This document shows, piece by piece, positions 53,339-62,800 of a stretch of 64,000 bases of DNA. Location: the IMG/VR virus record IMGVR_UViG_3300008113_000003, positions 62,001 through 126,000 of that record, one strand, 5' to 3'. A program made the translations under genes and the position numbers. The notes beneath the pieces were generated by a model, which did no database searches, was not told where the DNA came from, and saw only the letters and a list, made by a program, of their open reading frames with translations. The first letter of the stretch is position 1; the number at the start of each line of letters is the position of its first letter.

Positions 53339-54341
53339 CAGAATATGAGATTTTTTGGTTAACCTCGTATTCCTCTAACTCAAAGTTAGCATCATCTAAC
53401 TTACTAGCCCAATACTCAAAAGTATCTTTTTTGTAAGCATCTAAAGCTGCTTTATCACGTTTATCATCTGTAATAAATCCGTGTGGTGTTACAATAAGTT
53501 TTGAGTCAGCGTAACCAAGACCATTAATGTGGTTTTTGTCTACAGTAACTTTAGTTCTTGTTGCAAAGTTGATTTTTCTACCTTTGCTTGTTGCATCAAT
53601 TTTGTTGATACCACCGTCAGCTTCGTTACCAAAACGGAAAACTAATGTAGCTGCTTGGTAGATAGCTTCACCACCCTTTGGTTTCATCTTAGGTTGGCCC
53701 ATTGGTGAATCTGGGAGTCTAACCCATGGTAAGTTACACACAACCAAACCGTTTAGGTATGGTGATGTTTCTTTACGGCTGTTGTTGATTCTTTGGTTAA
53801 TGCCCATATTAATCTTTTCAGCCAATACACCTGCGGTATGTTGTTTACCACCTTTACCTTCCCATGTCATCTTACATGGTACTGAACCAACTGAATCCCA
53901 GAAGAAACAAACATCATAAGGTAAATCACCTTTTGCTTGCATATCCAAAACTTCATTGATGTAATCGGTAACTTGTTCGATGAAATTAAAATCATCACGG
54001 TAAAGGAAGAATCCATCCCACTCACCAGTTTCTTCATTTCTTGAGCAGTCCAACCCCATGAGTTGGCAATGTTCAAAACTCCATTTTTTCTCGGTTACCA
54101 AATAAACTGGTAAGATACCCTTTTTCTGCGCATCAACTGATGCCGCAATTAATGCACTTGTTTTACCTGTGTTGGTATGACCAAGTAACATGTTAATGTG
54201 ACCCATACACGGACCTGGAACCCCAGATGCCTCTAAAAAGGCTTCACCACAATTCAGAAATAAATCTGCTTTGTATTTTGTTGTCGTACTCATTTTCTTT
54301 TTGAGATCATCAAAAGAAAATTCTTTTTTCTTTACTGCCAT
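53328..54341 (-). CDS. RecA/UvsX-like recombinase
   Basis: Walker A GHTNTGKT, TEKKW, Walker B FFWDSVG, KPKGGEA and VDKNH. Confidence 0.88.
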   Translation of the reverse strand: MAVKKKEFSFDDLKKKMSTTTKYKADLFLNCGEAFLEASGVPGPCMGHINMLLGHTNTGKTSALIAASVDAQKKGILPVYLVTEKKWSFEHCQLMGLDCSRNEETGEWDGFFLYRDDFNFIEQVTDYINEVLDMQAKGDLPYDVCFFWDSVGSVPCKMTWEGKGGKQHTAGVLAEKINMGINQRINNSRKETSPYLNGLVVCNLPWVRLPDSPMGQPKMKPKGGEAIYQAATLVFRFGNEADGGINKIDATSKGRKINFATRTKVTVDKNHINGLGYADSKLIVTPHGFITDDKRDKAALDAYKKDTFEYWASKLDDANFELEEYEVNQKISYSDED

Positions 54342-54358
54342 GGAATATTTAATATTTT

Positions 54359-54413
54359 AAAAAAAAGCATGGACACATACTTGGACATAATGTCCGAGTT
54401 AATATCCATGCTT
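54359..54413 (-). terminator. long hairpin with U-tract between the SSB and RecA genes
   Basis: Outer stem AAGCATGGA/TCCATGCTT and inner stem ACTCGGACA/TGTCCAAGT, followed by poly-T on the minus strand. Confidence 0.75.
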
Positions 54414-54425
54414 AAGCTTTATTTT

Positions 54426-55382
54426 TTAGAATGGTAAATCGTCAATCTTTAGTTGAGCGTTTGGTACCTCTTCAGTCGCTGACCCTTCCGTCATAGACGA
54501 ATCATCATCAGCATCTTCTTCAGACATAGCAACTGGTGCTGGTGTCTCGTATTTAGTTTTAGGGGCTGGTGTTGCGGTTCCAGTGTATGTGCTTACACCA
54601 TCCTCAACTTTGGCGATAAAACATTTTTGTTCGGCATCCCAAATTGGTTCGCTACCTTCAGCAACGATGTTTAAATATTCAATAGATTTTTTCTTGAAGA
54701 CATCAGTCCACGCCATTGGATCGCTTAACCACTCAACTGATTGGTTTTCGTCCTCAGACAATTTAGACTCTCTATCAGGGATGATAGATGCAACTTTAGT
54801 AAAACCAACTTTGCTATCTTTTGATTTATCTCTAATCATAGAGATTGTAAGATCGAAACCTTCAAATGGGTTCCAGAATGCACCGTATTTTTTAACAAGT
54901 GGTGCAATTTTGTCCATGATACCTGAACCGTCTTGTACTGCTGGAAATCTCCAGAATTTTACACCTTCATGTTCTTTACCACGTTCGATAACACGAACAA
55001 TGAAGAACTGGCGTGATTTGTAATTGATGGCCAATTTCTTGTCTTCTTTGTCTGCACTCTTCATTAAGAATTTGTACATCTCATTCAACGGAGAATCTTC
55101 ACCATCTTGTGATGGGTCATAAAGTTTTGTCCATCTTTTACCAATTTTTAGGTTGTGGAAATAACCAACTTTGTACCATTTAGTTGGGTCATCTTGGTTA
55201 GGAAGAATCCTAACTGATTTTTCACCACTTTGTGCACCTTCATCAAGTGCAATTGTGAAATACTTTGTTAAGTCGACAGAACTAGATTGGGTAGTCTGTG
55301 TTGTTTTCGACTTTGCTTTTTCGTAGTCGGCCAGAGTGTCTGTTGCGGCCTTGGACCAATCGATTTTCTTGTAGTCAATCAT
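54426..55382 (-). CDS. single-stranded DNA-binding protein (T4 gp32-like)
   Basis: VRILP, YFH, VIERGKEHEGVKFWRF, GFDLTI and an acidic tail ending DDLPF. Confidence 0.85.
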   Translation of the reverse strand: MIDYKKIDWSKAATDTLADYEKAKSKTTQTTQSSSVDLTKYFTIALDEGAQSGEKSVRILPNQDDPTKWYKVGYFHNLKIGKRWTKLYDPSQDGEDSPLNEMYKFLMKSADKEDKKLAINYKSRQFFIVRVIERGKEHEGVKFWRFPAVQDGSGIMDKIAPLVKKYGAFWNPFEGFDLTISMIRDKSKDSKVGFTKVASIIPDRESKLSEDENQSVEWLSDPMAWTDVFKKKSIEYLNIVAEGSEPIWDAEQKCFIAKVEDGVSTYTGTATPAPKTKYETPAPVAMSEEDADDDSSMTEGSATEEVPNAQLKIDDLPF

Positions 55383-55403
55383 AATTATATAAATTTTATG
55401 CTA

Positions 55404-55435
55404 CAAAAGTAAGAACAAAAACCACAAAAAACAAG
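55404..55435 (-). promoter_or_regulatory. Bacteroidota-type promoter CTTG-N20-TACTTTTG heading the replication operon
   Basis: TACTTTTG at 55411-55404, 20-nt spacer, CTTG at 55435-55432. Confidence 0.7.
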
Positions 55436-55460
55436 TTTCTGGGGAAATATTTTTAAAAAT

Positions 55461-55766
55461 TTAGAAAATCGACTTGTACTTCTTAACCCCAAATACCAAT
55501 AAACCTCTGTAAACGCTTGTTGTTTCGTTTTGACTAGCGTTAACAGCTGTAACCTCTATAGATTGTATTGGCATTTCTAACATGCCCATCATTGAGAACG
55601 TTATGTCTTCAACACCGTTAATGGTTGTAACTACGGTATCATTTGTATTACCCAATGTTATAAAACCGTAATACTCTATTGTATAATCAGTTTCATTTAC
55701 AAAACCAATTGCTGGGTCACCAACAGTTAATTTTTGCGTAATTAATTCTTGTTGTATATGTCTCAT
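55461..55766 (-). CDS. hypothetical beta-rich protein (101 aa), possibly a virion component
   Basis: Last gene of a TATTTAT-headed three-gene unit. Confidence 0.7.
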   Translation of the reverse strand: MRHIQQELITQKLTVGDPAIGFVNETDYTIEYYGFITLGNTNDTVVTTINGVEDITFSMMGMLEMPIQSIEVTAVNASQNETTSVYRGLLVFGVKKYKSIF

Positions 55767-55768
55767 TA

Positions 55769-56518
55769 TTAATAATTGCTTACAGGTTTTTCGTTATTAT
55801 TTGCGTTGTAAAAACTATTTCTAATGTCAGTTTCGTTGTAGTTATTCATAAGACTGTCCATCATAGATAGTTTGTCTGGTCTATTTTCAAGATCAGTTTG
55901 TGTTTTTGGTGCGTTTCCACCCATATACTCATCTTGAGTAACACTAAAAGGGTAAGAATCTTTAGCCAAAGCTTTTCTTCTTTCCTCTTCGGTTGGCGGT
56001 CTCATCAATTCAACTTGTTTTGTTAAAGCATTCATTTGTTGAATAACTGAGTCCATTTTTTGTAAACCTTGCTCAACACCATTAACTTTAGCAATGATGG
56101 ATTCGATTTTGTTACTAGCATCCGCAATTTTTTGGATAATGTTGTCTGTTTTACCAGACAAATCTTTACTAGTATTAACTAAATCAGTAACATCAATTTC
56201 GGTATCACCCTCAACTGGAGCCTCTGGAGCCACCTCTGGGGTAGCTGTGGTATCAACACCAGGATCTGCACCTAATTCAGCATCTGGAACGGCAGTATCC
56301 ACACCAGGATCTGTAGCAGGTGCCTCAGCACCTAATTCAGCATCTGGAACGGCAGTATCCACACCAGGATCTTCGGCTGGAACTTCTTCAGCTGGGGCAT
56401 CTTCCTCAGCTTCATAAAACTTATAATGATGACCCTCACCCAATTTTTCTTGGTAGGCCATAATACTATTAAATCTTTTTACCTCTTCGGATAATACTTT
56501 ATCTAATTTTTTGTTCAT
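55769..56518 (-). CDS. acidic P/A-rich coiled-coil protein with LSEEVKRFNSIM tag (scaffold/internal head protein candidate)
   Basis: Terminal tag, acidic repeats, TEIDVTDLV, coiled coil and DSYPF. Confidence 0.75.
   Translation of the reverse strand: MNKKLDKVLSEEVKRFNSIMAYQEKLGEGHHYKFYEAEEDAPAEEVPAEDPGVDTAVPDAELGAEAPATDPGVDTAVPDAELGADPGVDTTATPEVAPEAPVEGDTEIDVTDLVNTSKDLSGKTDNIIQKIADASNKIESIIAKVNGVEQGLQKMDSVIQQMNALTKQVELMRPPTEEERRKALAKDSYPFSVTQDEYMGGNAPKTQTDLENRPDKLSMMDSLMNNYNETDIRNSFYNANNNEKPVSNY
56268..56372. repeat. 45-bp exact direct repeat (period 60) encoding DPGVDTAVPDAELGA x2, plus a partial third copy
   Basis: Copies at 56268-56312 and 56328-56372; a partial DPGVDT copy lies at about 56249-56267. 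Confidence 0.9.
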
Positions 56519-56742
56519 CTTAAATATGTTTTACGACTGTGACTTATTGGTGATTCTTCTCTTAGTAATTCTCTACCATCTTCCATCATTAATTTCTTTT
56601 CAATCAATGTTCTTTCAATTAAACCGTCTTTTGTTTTTACATAACAAACCCCAGTTTTTATATCACAAACTTCTTCACCGATTTGTGCTTCTTCAATTTT
56701 TTTACCCAAAAATTGGTCTAATTTACTATTAAAATTGCTCAT
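56515..56742 (-). CDS. hypothetical protein (75 aa) with CDIKTGVC motif
   Basis: ATGA-coupled; VCDIKTGVCY...DGLIER...EDGRELL. Confidence 0.7.
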   Translation of the reverse strand: MSNFNSKLDQFLGKKIEEAQIGEEVCDIKTGVCYVKTKDGLIERTLIEKKLMMEDGRELLREESPISHSRKTYLR

Positions 56743-56756
56743 ACGCTTTTATTTAC

Positions 56757-56766
56757 TATAAATATC
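56757..56766 (-). promoter_or_regulatory. GATATTTATA putative late-promoter motif
   Basis: Ends 14 nt upstream of the ATG at 56742. Confidence 0.6.
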
Positions 56767-56819
56767 TGGTATTTCAATAAAAGTTGTTATTATAACAAAC
56801 TTATTCAAATTACCTTATT

Positions 56820-59800
56820 TTACCATTTTAAATTGTCACTGGAAGTGTTCATTCGTTTAAAATAATCAACAGCGAATGTGCTTCTACCCGCTGGTAAAAT
56901 ACCCCTGTCTTTTATATGGTATTTATCCCAACCAACATTACAACCGTAACAAACTTCAACCTTCCACGCAAAAATGTATGCGGCAACATAAGCCTGTAAC
57001 TCATCACTTGATAAACCAGTTACATTACTACCAGCAACAGATAAATCATACTTTATTGTTGGTATTTCGGTTTTAAGCTGTGCACGGAAATTATCAGTAT
57101 TTCTTTTCCAACCACCTTCAAGTAAATAATTTAATTGGGCTGTTACTGTAGATCCGACTGTATCAAAAGTTTTATTATTCCACTGTATTAATCCAACGTT
57201 GTTTTTACCGTTAATAACATCAGCCCCACTTTCAATAAGTGGGTTAAATGTACCACCAGTTTCTTTATGTATGTTACCTAAAGCAGCGGCTACCTCAATT
57301 TTACTCCAACCCCTATCTTTTAAATAATTTTTAATTTCAACTTTATTCGCCTCTGTTTCAGCGCTACCAATTGTTTTCTTATCTGGTGAACTACCACCAA
57401 ACACCAAATATGGTTTTGGATCTATTGCTGTTAACCCAAAATAACTACTATAATCGGTCGCAATACCAGTACGTACCTCAAAATGTAAATGCGGACCAGT
57501 ACCAATACCTTCTTTACCGCTTTTTGCTATGACATCCCCAGCTTTTACGTTTGCACCTTGTGTTGTTTTTGGTTCAGAAATATGACCGTATAGTGTTGAT
57601 ATGTTATGCTCCCTATGTGCGATTATGACTAATTTACCAAAACCGCTTGATTCTTTATCCCCAGCAAACACAACATTACCATTTAGAACTGAGTAAACTG
57701 TTGTTCCAACCGCAGCATCTAAGTCAATACCCTGGTGAAATTCAGATGCCCCTGTTGCTGGTGCTGTTCTATTACCAAAACCAGAGGTAGGTACTATTTT
57801 CGCCAAAGGATCAACCCAACTACTTATTTTTCGTTTAGTACCATCAACAAATCTTTTAGCTGGTGGTACGTAAATTTGATCTGAAGTAATATCTTTATCT
57901 AAAACCGTCCAATCTTGTGGCGCTTCTTTTGTACCTCTTACCGAAGAATTAATATAACTTTTAATGGTTCTATCTTTAGCTTCTGTACTTTTTAATTGGT
58001 CTTCCGTTGATATCGCAATGAAACTAACATACGATTTACCATCACTAATTGCGCCTAAAACATCTGCTTGATAAGTGGTTTCATCTGTTCCCCTACCAGC
58101 TGGTAAATAAGGGTCACTATATGACGCATTATAAATAAATTCACCAGACAAAGGACTTGTTTGGCCACTTACAGTACCAAATCCAAGTACAACAGGTGGT
58201 TTTTTATCAACATTGGCAAAGAAATTGTTACTATTCAAAATAGGGCTATTACCAGAGGTAACACCAATTACTGACCTATTATACTTTAATCTAGCATCTT
58301 CGTGTATTTTTGGTATAAATGGTGCTTTTCCGTATCTAAGTACAACAAAATATTTTTCACCAACTTTACCATTTGTTATTTTAGATGTATCAAAAGGTAA
58401 TAAAACAATATCATTACCTGCATTATATGCGTTTGTTATCCTAGTTTTATCGTTTTGTGTTAAATTGGTATTTAACCACGCTTTGTAATCAGGTATTACT
58501 TGAATTAACTTATATCTAGAGATACCATTAACAATTTTTGTTGGGTAACCATCAGGTGTTGTGTATGGTGTATAGACATCAACAAAAATTATATCACCAT
58601 TTTCAACGTATAATTTTGGGTTAACGTTTATACTCCATATAGATGACAGACCACCCGAATTTGGTTGAATTTGGACTGTTGAAAATGTTTCTTCTATACT
58701 ACCATTATGGTTACCATCTGGGAACATTGACCCAGTTGTTTTAAACACAATGTTTGTTAGATTGTAAGTTGAAAACCCTTGTAGTTCTTGGAAATTATTT
58801 TTAACCTTACCCGAGACCCAATATGAAGCACCAAGGAAATCATTTTTACTCTGTTCAGAATAATTACTAGGTATTTCAATATCTTTAGGGAACGTTACTT
58901 TTGGTAACGTTGCGTCATCCCCAACAATACCATCGGTTTGACTTGTTATTAAAGTTGTTTTAACACCTTTTAATGGCTGGTCTTGTGCTAAATATGTGGC
59001 TACTTCAGCTAATGGTTTTTGGCTAAATTCAAGTAATATTTGTTCATACTCGTTACCAGAAGTTGGGTATGTTTTGAGTAAATTTGATATGGATCTACCA
59101 ATACCAAGTTTAACAAACATATCATAAACAACAATGTCCGCAAAATATTTAACAGCTTCCGCTGGTTCTTGACTACCAGCAAGTAATGATGCGTTGTTAT
59201 ATAAATAAGCTATTAAAGCTTTTATAAGTAATTTATTATTTTGATCGCCATTTGTCATTAAATTAAGATATGACGCTGCAATCCATTGTCCACTATAGTT
59301 AACATATTTACCACCACTTTCAGCTTGTGAAAATAGGGCGAAACCATTATCAGTGCCACCCGCTACAGATGCTCTATTATTATAAGCATAAACCTGACCA
59401 TCTGTGTCTACTGGAACTCTGTTGTTAGGGTCAACATAACCACTAGCTTCAGCATTTATTTCAGCGGTTCTAAGTAACTGTGCCAATATTGACGTGTTTG
59501 CTGTTGGTTTTTTTGATATTGGTTGTCTAACACCTTTAAAAGTTGTTGTCATGGTGTTTGCTGTTATCTTATGGCTCACATTTGTTATCCAATATGTACC
59601 ATAAAATAAAGGTACGTTTTTAACATAAAAATATGTTAAAGGTTGTATACCAGCATTTCCTAAACTTGTAACTGTACAAGAATAAGATCTGTTTTCCATT
59701 GCCGTAAATAATTTACCACTTGATAATTGAGCAACGTTTTCAGGTGACGCTAAGTTAACCTGGGTAAATATACTCTCTTCTGTGTTAGCAAATTCATCCG

Positions 59801-62800
59801 TTGACAGTTGGATGTTTTGGAACATGTTTTGATTTTTATTACCAAAATCAACAATAAATGAAGAGACATTTGAATTTAAAATATCATTTGGTATACCCTC
59901 ATCTAGTATTATACCTTGATTATCCGTACCCAATTGTGATGTTTCTATGTCCAAACAAAATGTATTACTTAAATCAAATTCAGATAAATTGTTTTTCTTT
60001 TGCTTGTTACCAGCTGATACATTAGATGTCAAAGAACCTAACTGAAATATAAAAGCTGGATTTGAATCGAACATCTCAAGATTATTAAACACGCCAAACA
60101 TATCATGAGCAACCTCAAATGGGTCCTGGCTTTCAGCGATAGCACCATTTAAATTAACATAAGATGTTAATGGTAATAACAAGAATTCGTGATCGCTTGC
60201 TAAGGTTGATAAAACAGACCACATTGATTTTGATCTTAATGTGTTATCAACTTGCGTAACATTTTTTAAGTCATCCGCAATAACTTTTTTAAGCGCATCA
60301 ATATTGGCCAACACTTTACTACCATAAGGGTTATTCCCCCTATCAATAACCATTGCGTAATCATAAAGATCTTTTAATTTACCTTCAGTAACATCTGGTG
60401 TAATTCTTTTGTCCACGCAATTCTCATAATCAGTATCATCGGTTTCAACATTAAAGTTAAAAAATAATGGGTGGTTTAGTATATCATTTACACTAATTTG
60501 AGCTAAATCTTTACTCGTCTTTTTAATTAGTCTTTGGTCGTTTAAATCTATTTCATTAAATGAAACACTTCTATCGTATAAAGTTTTTATCCTATAATAC
60601 GTACCAGTTCTAAGTTCAATTTGTGATTTGGTTAACTCTTCATTATACTCATCAACATTTTTTGAATCCGCTAATTTATCCAAACCATCAATTTTTGTTT
60701 TTGACAATTCAGAGAATTTTTTTAGACCAGTATTAAAAGCTTCTATTTGTTTTGTTAAAATATTTTTGTTGGTATATTCGATAAACTCTTTAAGTTTTTC
60801 AACAGCTTTAATTTCATCAAAAGTGTTATAAAAATATTTTACCTCACCAACCTTTGTTAAAACACCATTTACTATTTTTTCTGTTACAACATATTGATTA
60901 AGGGTCCAATCGTAAATTTTGTTAGTCGCACCCTCAGCTGAAGGAAATATTGTTGCGTTATTAAAACTAGAGTCATAACCAAACATCGTACTATTTATAC
61001 GGTTGCGATATAATAAATCTTGTTGGCTGAATATATCACCTATATAATTTTTTATATACGGCATTAACAGTTTTAAATTACCCTCTGTTATTTCAATGTT
61101 TAGGGTGATAAAAAATACTCTTACTAATTCTGGTAATAAAGTTTTTGACACAGTTGGTTCAACACCACCTATATAATAAAGACCCAAATATTTTGTAATT
61201 AATTCGTTATAATTACCTGGTATTGTTTTAATGTCATAAGGACTAACTGGTTGATCACCAAATAATAGTGTTCTAAATAACAATCTATAATCGACCTTAC
61301 TAATAATACTGTCCGCTGTTCTTGTCTCACTAGCGTACATTATAATCGGATTAAATATATTAGAATTTAACCTAAGACCTTCTGGGTTTTCACCAGTGTT
61401 ATCAACATATAAAGATCCCGTTGTTGTATAGTTGTTAATTGTTATTTTAGAGTTCATAAACTCGTCAATAACAATTTTAGCTTTATTTTCTTGCCCAATT
61501 GTTAGTGCGTAGTTTAATATTTTAGATATATCATTTTTAGAAGCAAACTCAATAAAATAACCAGAGTAACCACATAAAAGAGCTGATATCTCTTCCCTTG
61601 TATAAGCCCTATCCAAAGTTAAAGTTTCTGGTAAATTTGAATAACCAAATATATTAGTGTGTTTAATTAATGATTGAAAATTAAAAGTATCAAAAGCTTG
61701 GGTAAAATAATTCTTTGTATTTGTATCAGCAAAATTTTTAAATAAAGCTCTAAAATCTTCTAATTTATCAAAACCAAAAATATCTACAATGCCATCTAAA
61801 GATTCTGTGTAAGTTTCTTGATATAGACTGGTGTCTGTTTGGTATTTTGAATAATCACGAATACTAAGATCCTCATTTAATGGATCACCCCATTCATATA
61901 ATTGCTTCACATTATCCCCATAACCATATTGTAATGTTTCAAAATAATCAATAACTTTAATATCTTTTAAATGTTGACCCTTTTGTGACCTATAAACGTT
62001 TGTGTTTGGGAAAATACTTCTAGTTTGATCAAACCAAAATAATTTAGATGTATTATAAACAAGACTCTTATTATTAAAATTTAATTCTTTAATTGCGGAT
62101 GGATCGGTTGTGTTCCCAATAATATATAAATCATCATACCTATCAAGATTTGACGTTACCATTGGGTTTGTTATATTTAATGTGGTTAGACCGTCATTGT
62201 AAACAATTTGATTATATTTTGGTAAAAAGAAGTTGTCGTTGTCCGATATTGAGTTTGGTATTGTGCGCTTTTGTGAGTATTTAAGTGCTGATGTTAAAGC
62301 TTTTTGATCTAAAAATTCTGAATAAATTGTATTAATTGAAACATTATTAGGGAGATAATCATAAAAAGTTTTATAATTAAAATTTAAAACACCCAATAAA
62401 TCATTATTTATATCATCGTAGTTAGTAAATGAAGATATCGTTAGACCAGTTACATATGGATCAACTAAATCGTTTGACCCAATAATGGTTGACACATTAT
62501 TTGTTTTATGGTAGGTATAATTTTTATTTGAAAATAATTCTTTAACACCTATCTCACCACCGCAACTTGGGTAAACGACATATGTACCTTGTTTATCCAA
62601 TGATGATAATTTAGAACTTTTTTCTGTGTTAAATTCTTTTGACCATATCGATAATAATAAAAGACCAATTTGTTCATGTTGTTTTTCAGTTGTTGCTGTT
62701 AATATATTTGATAAAAAATCTGTTAATTGCAAAAAAACATTTGTTCCATGAGCAATAACTGGCATGAAGGAATTTGGGTCAACATCATATAATGATAACA

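Noticed and set aside
46954-54341. Inteins or group I introns in nrdA, nrdB, helicase or recA
   Set aside because: The ORFs are uninterrupted and of normal length, with no intein termini or homing-endonuclease motifs seen.
5727-60831. Numerous 60-146 aa + strand ORFs and nested minus-strand ORFs inside long genes
   Set aside because: They lie antisense or out of frame within well-supported CDSs, have the S/F/L/I-rich composition typical of reverse frames, and show no motifs.
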